NCBI GenBank assembly: GCA_045658545.1
Contig: JAZOVE010000008.1
Span: forward strand, 16,995 to 80,994
DNA: 64,000 bases
Direction: 5' to 3'
From: Elusimicrobiaceae bacterium
GTDB taxonomy: Bacteria > Elusimicrobiota > Elusimicrobia > Elusimicrobiales > Elusimicrobiaceae
Shown here: piece by piece, positions 55,302 through 64,000 of the stretch
Layout: each line of letters starts with the position of its first letter
Numbering within the stretch: the first letter of the stretch is position 1
Position numbers and translations under genes: made by a program
Notes under the pieces: generated by a model
The model's input: the letters and a program-made list of their open reading frames with translations, nothing else
What the model was told of the DNA's origin: nothing
The model's database searches: none

Positions 55302-57113
55302 CTATTTAATTAAAGCAAGCACATTACCGGTTTGTATCTGATCGCCGGTATTAGAGGTAAAATGAATTTTACCTGCCGCAGTTGCTTTAATTTCCATTTC
55401 CATTTTCATGGCTTCAATTATGATAACCGCTTGGTCTTTTGCAACTTGCGCACCTTCCGCAACACAGAAACGCATAATCACGCCCGGCATCGGGGCTTTA
55501 ACTTCAGCACCGCCGCTTGCAGCTACACCTTCTTTTGCCGGTGCTGCTGCACTTATGCCTTCTTTTATTGAAATATCATAAGTTTGACCGTTAACAGTTG
55601 CTTTATTATCTTTGAGTTCAACATTGAAATTTTCACCGCCGACGGAAACTGTAAAAGCATTACCTTTTAATTTAGTTTCACTTGCGGCAGATTTCTTTTC
55701 AACCAAACATTTTGCTTTACCAAGTAAGAAATCTAAACCTTTATTTACGCCGTTTGCCGCATCATTACAGGCTGCAACGATAAAAATATTTTCATCGGTA
55801 ACAGGTAAATTATTCTTTTCAAGCAATTCTTTTGCCGGTTTAACACCTTTTTTAGGATCTGCGTCATTAAGTTCCAAAACTGTTTTTGTTGTGGGTTCCT
55901 TTTTCATATAAGCAGAGGCAAGTTTTACAAGTTCAGGATCTGCAGGAACAGGGGTTTTACCGAAGTAACCCAAAATCATATTTGCATACCCCGGTGCAAA
56001 TGCTTTCCAAGGGCCTTGTATAACATTTTGCATAGATTGTTGTATGTAAAATTGGCTGACCGGTGTTACTGAAGTACCAAAACCGCCGCGCCTTACAACT
56101 TCTTCCATAGCGGCAAGAACTTGCGGATATTTATCAAATTGGCCGATTTCCCTTAACTGCCTTGTAGCATTGGTTAAAGCACCGCCGGGGAGAGGTGAGA
56201 ACGGAATTGTCGGTTCAACCCTCATAGCCTCGGGTTTCAAAACATAATCTTTTAAGCAATCTTTTAAGACACTTTCCGCTTTGCGAATTTTTTCAATATC
56301 AATATCTAAAGTATAATTGCTGCCGCGAAGTGCATGCCACATAGAAATAATATCTGTTTGGCAAGTTCCGCCGCTGACAGGGGCCATTGATAAATCAATT
56401 CTGTCAGCACCGCCTTCAATGGCTGCTAAATAGCAAGCAAGGCCTGTTCCGGCTGTTTCATGGGTATGGAAAACTACATCAATTTCCGGCGGTAATATTT
56501 TTTTGGCTCTTGCAATTGTTTCCCTAACAGTTTGCGGGGTAGAGGTGCCTGAAGCATCTTTAAAACAAACGCTGTCAAATTCTATACCGCTTGCGATAAT
56601 ATTTTTTAATACGCCTTCATAAAATTCCGGTGTATGGAATTTGCCCGTCTTATCCCAACCCGGTGCAAGGGACATCATTGTGACGGTAACTTCGTGTTTT
56701 AAGCCGGCTTCTTTAATGCATTTACCGCTGTAAATTAAGTTGTTAACATCATTTAAAGCATCAAAATTTCTGATAGTTGTAAGGCCGTGTTTTTTAAAAG
56801 TTTGTGCGTGTAATTTTATTACATCACTCGGTTGGGAATTTAAACCTACAACATTTACACCGCGTGCCAAACTTTGCAAGTTTACATCAGGCCCGACGGT
56901 TTTTCTGAAAGCATCCATAACATCATAAGGGTTTTCTTTATTAAAGAACAAAGCACTCTGGAATGTTGCACCGCCGGCAGATTCAAAATGTGTAACCCCT
57001 GCTTCTTTGGCGGCCTCAACGGCGGGTAAAAAGTCCTCACTCCTAACTTTTGTGCCATATACGGATTGGAAACCATCCCTAAAGGCAGTTAACATAAACT
57101 TAATTTTTTTCAT
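55302..57113 (-). CDS. oadA: Oxaloacetate decarboxylase alpha subunit (carboxyltransferase + biotinyl carrier domain)
   Basis: The N-terminal 5S/HMGL-like carboxyltransferase has LRDGFQS-type (FRDGFQS) and HTHETAG motifs. The C-terminal biotinyl domain carries EAMKME. Confidence 0.88.
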   Translation of the reverse strand: MKKIKFMLTAFRDGFQSVYGTKVRSEDFLPAVEAAKEAGVTHFESAGGATFQSALFFNKENPYDVMDAFRKTVGPDVNLQSLARGVNVVGLNSQPSDVIKLHAQTFKKHGLTTIRNFDALNDVNNLIYSGKCIKEAGLKHEVTVTMMSLAPGWDKTGKFHTPEFYEGVLKNIIASGIEFDSVCFKDASGTSTPQTVRETIARAKKILPPEIDVVFHTHETAGTGLACYLAAIEGGADRIDLSMAPVSGGTCQTDIISMWHALRGSNYTLDIDIEKIRKAESVLKDCLKDYVLKPEAMRVEPTIPFSPLPGGALTNATRQLREIGQFDKYPQVLAAMEEVVRRGGFGTSVTPVSQFYIQQSMQNVIQGPWKAFAPGYANMILGYFGKTPVPADPELVKLASAYMKKEPTTKTVLELNDADPKKGVKPAKELLEKNNLPVTDENIFIVAACNDAANGVNKGLDFLLGKAKCLVEKKSAASETKLKGNAFTVSVGGENFNVELKDNKATVNGQTYDISIKEGISAAAPAKEGVAASGGAEVKAPMPGVIMRFCVAEGAQVAKDQAVIIIEAMKMEMEIKATAAGKIHFTSNTGDQIQTGNVLALIK

Positions 57114-57137
57114 TTGATTTCTCCTTAAATATTAAAA

Positions 57138-57374
57138 TTATTTTGCTGCTTTAATTGCGGCTAAGGCAATTGCAATTTTTAGTTTTGTATCGTCGTGTAC
57201 AGGGGCGGTAACTTTTGCCGGTTCGGGCAACTTTTCCGGGCAAATTTTATTTAATAAATTTACCCCCCACCTAAGCACATTTAACATAAATACAAGGATT
57301 ATGAGGAAGCTAAAAGTCATCCCCATACCGATAACCATAAGTTCAAAACTTTTGGCAAATAATTCTGAGTTCAT
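57138..57374 (-). CDS. oadG: Oxaloacetate decarboxylase gamma subunit-like small membrane protein
   Basis: 78 aa with a single N-terminal TM helix, located immediately upstream of oadA as in oadGAB operons. Confidence 0.55.
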   Translation of the reverse strand: MNSELFAKSFELMVIGMGMTFSFLIILVFMLNVLRWGVNLLNKICPEKLPEPAKVTAPVHDDTKLKIAIALAAIKAAK

Positions 57375-57397
57375 AAATAATACCTCTTTTTACTGCT

Positions 57398-58084
57398 TTA
57401 AAATTGTACGTCGCCCGCCATTATAATTTCGCGTCCTTTTTCCGTTTTTAAAATCATATGGCCGGCGGAATCTATATCTTCAAAAATACCTTTTTTATTC
57501 TCAACAATAATTTCTTTACCGAAATTCGGACAAAGATTCTTAAAATCTTCAATAAAATTTTTGTTTTGTGCGGATTTAAAATTCGTAAATATTTCTTCAA
57601 GCAAAACTGTTTTTGAAATTTCAATTTTCATTTCCGCTAAACTTGTAAAAGGTTTATCGGAAATTATTTTTTCTTGTTTTATATTGACCCCTACGCCGAT
57701 AACTAAACCCACACACTTATTATTTTTTAAAACCGCTTCACTTAAAATACCGCAAAATTTTTTACCTTTATAAAGAACATCATTGGGCCATTTTAAATAA
57801 ACTTTTGCACCTAAATTCCTTACCGTTTTGCAAACGGAAATTGCCATAATTTGTGTTAAAGAACTTAAAATTTCTGTCTTAATTTCAGCAGGTTTTAAAA
57901 CTATGGTAAAATAAAGCCCGCCTGTTTCTGATGACCATTTACGACCCTTCCTGCCTTTACCTGACGTCTGAAAATCTGCCGCTATTACATCATTATGCTG
58001 CAAATTATCAAAATTTTCTACGGCATAAGTATTAGTTGAAGGCAAGTCAGTAAAACCATAAATCTTCATAATAATATTATACAA
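57398..58084 (-). CDS. birA: Biotin--[acetyl-CoA-carboxylase] ligase without N-terminal HTH (group I)
   Basis: Has the GKGRKGRKWSS biotin-binding loop, YFTIVLKP and KWPNDVL. The start could instead be the MKIYGF Met 15 nt downstream. Confidence 0.85.
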   Translation of the reverse strand: MYNIIMKIYGFTDLPSTNTYAVENFDNLQHNDVIAADFQTSGKGRKGRKWSSETGGLYFTIVLKPAEIKTEILSSLTQIMAISVCKTVRNLGAKVYLKWPNDVLYKGKKFCGILSEAVLKNNKCVGLVIGVGVNIKQEKIISDKPFTSLAEMKIEISKTVLLEEIFTNFKSAQNKNFIEDFKNLCPNFGKEIIVENKKGIFEDIDSAGHMILKTEKGREIIMAGDVQF

Positions 58085-58118
58085 AATATGAAGTACAAGT
58101 TAAATATAATACGGCGTA

Positions 58119-59639
58119 TTAATCGTTAGGAACGGTGTTTTCAAAAGCAAGGAAAATTTCTGCAATTTCTTCCGGTGTTGTGGCGGAAATCAAACGCTCG
58201 CGTACAAATTTTGTGCTTGAAACCGCGGCAAGTTCCGCAAGAATTTTAAGTTGGAAGGCCGGCTCTTTAAAAGGTGTTAAAATCAGGAAAATGAGTTTTA
58301 CATTATTGTTTACTTCTTCAAACAAAATTCCTTTTTTGGAAATACCCACACTTACCAACGGCTTGGATAAAGATGCCACCCTTGCATGCGGGAAAGCAAC
58401 GCCCTTTTCCAAAGCGCAGGACATTATTTGTTCGCGTTTTAAAATAAAATCATGGGCTTGCTCTTTTGCAAAAGTCGGTTTTTGTTTGTAAAGGGCATTA
58501 AGCATTTCCTCAAAAGCGGCTTCTTTAGTTGTAGATTTTAAATTTAAAACGCAAGCTTGCGGCACCAAAAAATTACTGATTAATAGAGCATTAGGCTTTT
58601 CATATTCATCGCGTATTTCGCCGACAAGTTCTTCCAAAACATCTTCCAAAGTAAGTAGGCCGACAACTTCATCTTTTTCATTTTTAATTAATGCTTGATG
58701 ATTTCTGTTTGTCTGAAATTCCCTTAAAGCTGCTTCAACCGGGGTATGTTCATCAAGCGTCAAAAGTTTATAGGTAAAGCGTTCTTCAATCGGCTGCAAG
58801 GACTTTTCACTTAAGGATTCCAAAGACATTTCTTTAATTAAAACATATTCTTTTGCGTCATCAATGGTTTCAGTATAAAGCGGATAGCGGGAATATTTAC
58901 GTTTGTTTATAATTTCCAAATTTTGCGGCCAGGTATTTGATTTTTTTAATGCGGAAATTTTAGCGCGCGGCGTCATAATTTCTTTTACTTTTACTTGTTC
59001 AAAATCAAATAAATTTTCAAACATCATTAAGCGGCGTAAAGAGAATTTCCCCCCTTCTTGAGATTTGGAAAACATCATCCTAAGTTCTTCTTGCGAAAGC
59101 GGTGTTTCCTGTTTATGGGGGTTTACGCCGATTAAGTCCAAAGTTTTATATGCTGCCCAAACCAAAAGATTTTTAAAAACATTGGTAACTATATAAAAAT
59201 AATGTAAGGGGACAATTATATTTTTAAGTGCTTGCTCGGGGTATTTTATGGCAAGAAGTTTTGGCACTTGCTCGCCGTAAATAACATGCAAAGAGGTGAT
59301 AATTAAAAACGCCAAAGTGAAAGATATTATATGTAAAGCGGCAGGCGGCAACATCGGTATGATATTTGGCATAAGCCAAGAAAGAACTTTACCAACGCTT
59401 GGTTCTCCAACCCAACCGAGGGCCAAACTTGTCATTGTAATGGCAATTTGTATGGCGGACAAATATTCGTCAATATTTTCATGTGCTTTGAGCATCAATT
59501 TTTCTTTATAGGAATTATTTTTTGCAAGTTCCTGCAAGCGCGTGTGGCGCACTTTTACCAAAGCAAATTCGCCGAGTACAAAAAAACCGTTTAGAAGTAT
59601 AATTAGTAGTGCCAGCAACAAAAAGAATAATGTTAGCAT
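58119..59639 (-). CDS. CNNM/DUF21-CBS-pair membrane protein fused to a C-terminal PTS EIIA type-2 (PtsN-like) domain
   Basis: The DUF21 TM region reads LNGFFVLGEFALVKV and is followed by two CBS motifs. The last ~150 aa match the EIIA-Ntr pattern (LNLKSTTKEAAFEEMLNAL...GVAFPHAR...VKLIFLILTP...LAELA), with the phospho-His context retained. Start set at MLTLFF (59639). Confidence 0.75.
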   Translation of the reverse strand: MLTLFFLLLALLIILLNGFFVLGEFALVKVRHTRLQELAKNNSYKEKLMLKAHENIDEYLSAIQIAITMTSLALGWVGEPSVGKVLSWLMPNIIPMLPPAALHIISFTLAFLIITSLHVIYGEQVPKLLAIKYPEQALKNIIVPLHYFYIVTNVFKNLLVWAAYKTLDLIGVNPHKQETPLSQEELRMMFSKSQEGGKFSLRRLMMFENLFDFEQVKVKEIMTPRAKISALKKSNTWPQNLEIINKRKYSRYPLYTETIDDAKEYVLIKEMSLESLSEKSLQPIEERFTYKLLTLDEHTPVEAALREFQTNRNHQALIKNEKDEVVGLLTLEDVLEELVGEIRDEYEKPNALLISNFLVPQACVLNLKSTTKEAAFEEMLNALYKQKPTFAKEQAHDFILKREQIMSCALEKGVAFPHARVASLSKPLVSVGISKKGILFEEVNNNVKLIFLILTPFKEPAFQLKILAELAAVSSTKFVRERLISATTPEEIAEIFLAFENTVPND

Positions 59640-59870
59640 ATAGACATTATAACAAAAAAAGCACTCAATTTGCATACCGACAAAAAATAGAACCTGTAAA
59701 TTCCCTATTTTGCCTTATAATATGATATAATTATAGGGTATCTAGTATAGATATAATATTATATAGGAGCAAGTTTGGCTCTTGCTTGGTATACGCTTTT
59801 AAGTAACACAACACATCCCGCAACGCGGTGCTTATACTCGGTAATAAGCTGTAAACTTGAAATTAAAAAA

Positions 59871-60140
59871 ATGGCATTAACAAAACAAGACAGAAAAGAT
59901 ATTATCTCAAAATTCCAACAAAGTGATACTGACACAGGTTCACCGTCCGTACAAGTTGCTTTGATTACGGAAAGAATCCGCTACATCTCTGACCACCTTA
60001 AACAAAATCCTAAAGATTTTGCAGGTGAAAGAGGTTTAACCCGTTTAGTCGGTCAACGCAAACGCTTGCTTGCTTATTTAAAGAAAAATGATTTCGCTAA
60101 ATATCAAGCATTAACAAAAGAACTTAAATTAAGGAAATAA
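59871..60140 (+). CDS. rpsO: 30S ribosomal protein S15
   Basis: 89 aa from [12 protein letters not shown], with the [11 protein letters not shown]-like motif ([11 protein letters not shown]) and a [12 protein letters not shown]-type motif. The TTG start at 59775 is an ORF-caller extension. Confidence 0.95.
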   Translation: MALTKQDRKDIISKFQQSDTDTGSPSVQVALITERIRYISDHLKQNPKDFAGERGLTRLVGQRKRLLAYLKKNDFAKYQALTKELKLRK

Positions 60141-60145
60141 TAATA

Positions 60146-62242
60146 ATGAGTAATCTAGGAAAATTTAGCCACAGCATTGATGTCGGTGGCAAAACTATCA
60201 CGCTTGAAACAGGTGTGATGGCTAAACAAGCCGACGGTGCTGTTATCGCACGTATCGGCGATACTATGGTGCTTGCAACCGCTGTTTGCGATAAAGTACA
60301 AAAACCCGGTTTGCAGGACTTTGTACCTTTAACCGTTAATTATAAAGAAAGAACTTATGCCGCAGGTAAAATCCCCGGCGGTTTCTTTAAACGCGAAAGC
60401 AAGGCAAGCAAAAAGGAAACTTTATCATCACGCTTGATTGACCGCTCTATGCGCCCTCTCTTTCCGGAAGGGTTTGCATGCGAAGTCAATGTTACTGCAA
60501 TGGTACTTTCTGCCGACGGTATAAATGACAGTGATGTTTTAAGCATTGTCGCTTCAAGCGCGGCAACGGTAATTTCTTCAATTCCTTTCACGCAACCTGT
60601 TGCCGGTGTCCGCGTAGACCGCGTTGACGGTAAATATATTATTAACCCGACAGTTCAAGAAAGAAAAGTTGCCGATATGGACCTTGTAATTGCAGGTACC
60701 ATGCAAGGCATTATGATGGTGGAAGGCGGTGCCCATGAAGTGGATGAAGAATCACTCGTAAAAGCAATTGAAATTGCACAGCCCGAAGTCAAAAAACTTT
60801 GCCAAGCACAACTTGACCTTCGTGAAAAATGCGGTAAAGCCAAATTTGAATTTAAAGCGGAAAAATTACCGCAAGAAGTTTTAGATATGGCAAACAACAC
60901 ATATCGCGCAAAAGTTGCGGAAATTTTACATAAATTTTCCGATAAACAAACACGCGACTTTGATATTGCCAATTTAAAAGAGGCCTTTAAAACCGAACTC
61001 ACTGCAAAATACCCTGAAGAAGGTGCAATTTATGCTGATTTTGCTATGGAAATGCTTGCTTATGAAGAATCCCGCAAAATGGTATTAAATGAAGGCATCC
61101 GCGTAGACGGTAGAAAGACCGATCAAATCAGACCTTTGAGTTCTATGGTAGGTGTTTTGCCTTGCGCACACGGTTCTGCCTTATTTACACGCGGTCAAAC
61201 ACAATCCCTTGCAACCGCAACTTTAGGTACTGCAAGTGATGCCCAAATGGTGGAAGGCCTTGAAGATACTTATGATGAAACTTTTATGCTTCATTATAAC
61301 TTCCCCGGCTTTGCTACCGGCGAATGTAAACCGGACCGCGCACCCGGCCGCCGCGAAATCGGCCACGGTGAACTTGCACGCCGCGCTTTAATGCCTCTTA
61401 TACCAAGCCAAGAAGAATTCCCTTATACTATCAGGGTTGTTTCCGATATTATGGAATCAAACGGTTCTTCTTCTATGGCAAGCGTTTGCGGCGGTTCACT
61501 TGCATTATTTGATGCAGGCGTTCCTATGAAAGCCGCTTGCAGCGGTATTGCGATGGGTTTAATTACCGAAGGTGATAAATTCGCCGTACTCTCAGATATT
61601 ATGGGTATGGAAGACCACCTTGGCGATATGGACTTTAAACTTACCGGTTCCCGCAAAGGTATAACCGCTTTCCAAATGGACTTAAAACTTGCAACAGGTA
61701 TTTCTTTAGATGTTTTAAGGAAAGCCATTGCTCAAGCCACAAAAGGCCGCATGTTTATTATGGACCATATGGATTCGGTTATAAAAGAACCGCGCAAAAC
61801 TTTACCGAAAAATGCACCTATGATTTATACCATGATGATTCCGCAAGATAAAATCGGCGCTTTAATCGGTCCCGGCGGTAAAAACATTAAACGTATTACC
61901 GAAACCAGCGGTGCAAAAATTGATGTTGATGAAGACGGTAAAGTTGTAATTGCCGCACCTAATGCCGAAAAACTTAACCAAGCAAAATCAGAAATTGAAC
62001 TCTTGACTAAAGAAGTTGAAGTCGGCCAGATATATGAAGGGAAAGTAGTTTCCATTCAACCGTTTGGTGCTTTCGTTGAACTTTTGCCGGGTAAAGACGG
62101 TTTATTACATATTTCACAAATTGCAAATGAAAGAGTTGCAAAAGTGGAAGATGTTTTACAACTCGGAGATACAGTTAAAGTCAAAGTTGTTGAAATTGAC
62201 AATAACGGCAAAGTTCGCTTATCAAGAAAAATTTTGTTATAA
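60146..62242 (+). CDS. pnp: Polyribonucleotide nucleotidyltransferase (PNPase)
   Basis: 698 aa with two RNase PH domains, a KH domain ([10 protein letters not shown]) and a C-terminal S1 domain ([15 protein letters not shown]). Confidence 0.97.
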   Translation: MSNLGKFSHSIDVGGKTITLETGVMAKQADGAVIARIGDTMVLATAVCDKVQKPGLQDFVPLTVNYKERTYAAGKIPGGFFKRESKASKKETLSSRLIDRSMRPLFPEGFACEVNVTAMVLSADGINDSDVLSIVASSAATVISSIPFTQPVAGVRVDRVDGKYIINPTVQERKVADMDLVIAGTMQGIMMVEGGAHEVDEESLVKAIEIAQPEVKKLCQAQLDLREKCGKAKFEFKAEKLPQEVLDMANNTYRAKVAEILHKFSDKQTRDFDIANLKEAFKTELTAKYPEEGAIYADFAMEMLAYEESRKMVLNEGIRVDGRKTDQIRPLSSMVGVLPCAHGSALFTRGQTQSLATATLGTASDAQMVEGLEDTYDETFMLHYNFPGFATGECKPDRAPGRREIGHGELARRALMPLIPSQEEFPYTIRVVSDIMESNGSSSMASVCGGSLALFDAGVPMKAACSGIAMGLITEGDKFAVLSDIMGMEDHLGDMDFKLTGSRKGITAFQMDLKLATGISLDVLRKAIAQATKGRMFIMDHMDSVIKEPRKTLPKNAPMIYTMMIPQDKIGALIGPGGKNIKRITETSGAKIDVDEDGKVVIAAPNAEKLNQAKSEIELLTKEVEVGQIYEGKVVSIQPFGAFVELLPGKDGLLHISQIANERVAKVEDVLQLGDTVKVKVVEIDNNGKVRLSRKILL

Positions 62243-62267
62243 GAAATTGTAACTTAATTTAGGAAAG

Positions 62268-62299
62268 CCCCTGTGTTAATTTTAGCACAGGGGTTTTCT
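62268..62299 (+). terminator. Intrinsic terminator after pnp
   Basis: CCCCTGTG-ttaattttag-CACAGGGG followed by TTTTCT. Confidence 0.8.
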
Positions 62300-62651
62300 A
62301 ATGGGTATTGTAGCCGAAAAATAAGCACGAAAAGATATTGAATTTGTAAAAATCTTTTTCAAGTATTTTTGGGGAAATTTTAGGTTGTTAAAATCCTCCC
62401 CGTTTTCTTTTTTGCGGCGATATTAGTGCCTGCAAAATTGAAAGTTTTTTATATTCTAATAAGCCGGTTTGTTTGAGTAAAAAGCAAGGGCATTCAGCTA
62501 AATCTTGCTTTTTTACGAGTTGCCGGCTTAGATATAAAAAACTAATTTTGCACGGTTTTGAGCCGTAAAAAAGAAAACAAAAAAACTGCAAGCGCGTTTA
62601 AGCACATAATACTGAAACACAACACATAAAGAACTAAGAATTATTAATTAA

Positions 62652-62746
62652 CAAAAGGGAAGGCAGCCTAGGGGTTCGGCTGCCTTGGGGTATAAATTAG
62701 TCTTTTACCAAAAGGAGGAGGTAGTACTAATTTATTTCTTTGTATA
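62652..62746 (-). ncRNA. Candidate ~95-nt small RNA bounded by an operator-promoter and an intrinsic terminator
   Basis: On the minus strand, the -10 TAAACT (62753..62758) defines a start near 62746. There is no ATG in the transcript. It contains a CCUCCUCC tract (complement of 62716..62723). It ends with AAGGCAGCC-gaaccccua-GGCUGCCUU plus CCCUUUUGUU (62651..62687). Confidence 0.35.
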
Positions 62747-62752
62747 CTTATA

Positions 62753-62843
62753 GTTTATAACAAAGTATGTGTTTCTACAAGGGTCCTTGGACCTATATGC
62801 AAGGACATTTTGGACCTATGCCAAATTACCCCAAAGGACCTAT
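62753..62843 (-). promoter_or_regulatory. Three-unit TAGGTCC/CCTTG operator fused to the promoter (no downstream ORF)
   Basis: The minus strand reads TAGGTCCTTTGGGG (62830..62843), TAGGTCCAAAATGTCCTTG (62801..62819) and TAGGTCCAAGGACCCTTG (62779..62796). The -35 TTGTAG (62776..62781), a 17-nt spacer, then the -10 TAAACT. Confidence 0.6.
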
Positions 62844-62902
62844 TTATCAATTTCCCCTCTCTCTCTAAAGAAACTACAATTATTTTTATATTTTCACCTA
62901 AA

Positions 62903-62931
62903 CACCCTCACAAAAGTGAGGGTGTTTTTTT
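62903..62931. terminator. Hairpin downstream of pepT (T-run on the + side; probably bidirectional)
   Basis: CACCCTCAC-aaaa-GTGAGGGTG followed by TTTTTTT on the + strand. It lies 13 nt past the pepT stop on the minus strand. Confidence 0.55.
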
Positions 62932-62943
62932 ACTGTTTTAAGA

Positions 62944-64000
62944 TTATTCTACAGCCTTTTCACATAAGCAAATGAGTGCATTTATAATCTTACTCATTTG
63001 GTCTAAAGATGCCCACTCAAAAGGCCCATGCGGAGTAGCATAACCGGCATCTAAATTCGGGGTAATTAAACCCATATAAGTTAAACGCGCGCCGTCTGTA
63101 CCGCCGCGGATTGGGGCACCGTCGGCACAAAGTCCGCATTCTTTAAATGCCTCTTTTGCAATTCTAACTGCTGTAGGATTTTTATCAATTACGGGGCGCA
63201 TATTTTTATAAGTATAAGTAGTTTTCAGTTCAATTTGTGAACCCGTATATTTTTTGCGGATATCAGCAACTATGCCCTCAAGTTCGGCAACCATTGAACG
63301 TAATTCATCTTCTTCAAAAGAACGCACCATCGCGTCTGCCGAAGCTGTTATAAAATCTGCTTTACACTCCGTAAAAGTTAAAAAACCTTGGCGGCCTTCG
63401 GTAGTTTCGGCAAGTTTATTTTCAGGCCATTTAGAAATTATTTCAGCCAAAATTCTAACAGGGTTTTCCATTATCCCCTTTGCTTGTCCAGGGTGTGCCT
63501 GAACACCTTTTATAAATAAATTAATAGTTGCGGCATTAAAATTTTCATAAGCAATACCATCGCCGCATTCACCGTCAAGGGTATAAGCAAAATCCGCACC
63601 AAAGGCAGGGACATCAAAATTATCCGGTCCGCGGGCAATTTCTTCATCCGGGGTAAAAGCAATTTTAATATCACCGTGCTTAATTTCTGGATGCGCGGTT
63701 AAATATCTTAACATTTCCATTATTATAGCAACGCCGGCTTTATCATCGGTACCAAGTAAAGTGTCCCCGGCAGATGTAATAATATCATCTCCTATACATT
63801 TTTTCAATGCGGGTGAAAGTTCCGGTTTAATAATAACCCCCAAATCTTTATTTACAACGATATCCCCCCCTTGATAGTTAGGGTGAAGTTTGACTTGTAC
63901 CTTTCTGCCGATAGTACCATCAGGGTAAGTATCCATATGCGCCAAAAAACCTATAACAGGGTGTTTACCCTCAACATTTGCCGGCAATTTTGCGGTTAAA
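62944..64000 (-). CDS. pepT: Peptidase T (tripeptide aminopeptidase, M20B), 5' end outside the window
   Basis: FLAHMDT, GTDDKAGVA and TPDEEI metal-ligand motifs with a PepT-like C-terminus. The reading frame stays open to the window edge, so the N-terminus is missing. Confidence 0.85.
   Translation of the reverse strand, partial: LTAKLPANVEGKHPVIGFLAHMDTYPDGTIGRKVQVKLHPNYQGGDIVVNKDLGVIIKPELSPALKKCIGDDIITSAGDTLLGTDDKAGVAIIMEMLRYLTAHPEIKHGDIKIAFTPDEEIARGPDNFDVPAFGADFAYTLDGECGDGIAYENFNAATINLFIKGVQAHPGQAKGIMENPVRILAEIISKWPENKLAETTEGRQGFLTFTECKADFITASADAMVRSFEEDELRSMVAELEGIVADIRKKYTGSQIELKTTYTYKNMRPVIDKNPTAVRIAKEAFKECGLCADGAPIRGGTDGARLTYMGLITPNLDAGYATPHGPFEWASLDQMSKIINALICLCEKAVE

Noticed and set aside
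62769-62975. 68-aa ORF on the plus strand across the triple operator and the pepT terminator
   Set aside because: It has no SD, runs through the repeated operator units and the hairpin, and overlaps the pepT 3' end.
1-64000. Search for CRISPR arrays, rRNA genes, transposases, integrases and prophage structural genes
   Set aside because: I saw no regularly spaced repeats of CRISPR type, no rRNA-like sequence and no ORF with recombinase or transposase motifs. The only mobile-type signatures are the 33-bp direct repeat and the ORF6N and DUF3800 genes, which are reported separately.

Overview
This is a low-GC (roughly 35-40% by eye) bacterial chromosomal segment that is densely coding, with 57 protein genes and one tRNA. 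I saw no rRNA, CRISPR array, transposase or integrase. The recognisable core is housekeeping:
- clpP, pyrG, uvrA, dxr-cdsA and fmt-rpe.
- An LPS inner-core/lipid A cluster (kdsB, hldA, gmhB, an lpxL-like gene).
- A CIRCE-controlled hrcA-grpE-dnaK-dnaJ operon.
- Ribosomal protein operons: rplM-rpsI, rpsP-KH-trmD-rplS and rpsO-pnp.
- A Na+-translocating oxaloacetate decarboxylase operon (oadGAB) with birA.
- A partial pepT at the right edge.
Several AT-richer accessory genes are interspersed, mostly lineage-specific secreted or surface proteins:
- Two tandem ankyrin-like paralogs.
- 501-aa, 400-aa and 842-aa orphan proteins.
- A trypsin-like protease.
- Two type IV pilin-like genes.
- A DUF2207 membrane protein.
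- A 1337-aa Cys-rich membrane-anchored giant.
- A very AT-rich DUF3800 gene.
The strongest signal I can read directly is a conserved ~18-bp unit, TAGGTCC-N4-5-GnCCCTTG. It is present in 1-3 tandem copies about 23 bp apart. Its last TTG is the -35 of a promoter with 17-nt spacing to a good -10 at five of six sites. Five copies sit in front of the secreted accessory genes. The sixth, a triple copy, drives a ~95-nt terminator-bounded non-coding transcript. This looks like a dispersed, co-regulated accessory secretome with an associated sRNA.
Other points worth a second look:
- Riboswitch-like structured leaders upstream of both pilin-like genes.
- A receiver-only response regulator translationally coupled to an ORF6N DNA-binding protein, directly abutting one operator.
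- A protease module bracketed by an exact 33-bp direct repeat.
- A CNNM/CBS transporter fused to a PTS-Ntr EIIA domain.
- A kinase-less PASTA protein in the fmt-rpe position.
The abundance of FTLLELL pilin-like genes hints at an Elusimicrobiota-like lineage, but I cannot verify that. All family assignments come from motifs read in the translations; no database search was possible.
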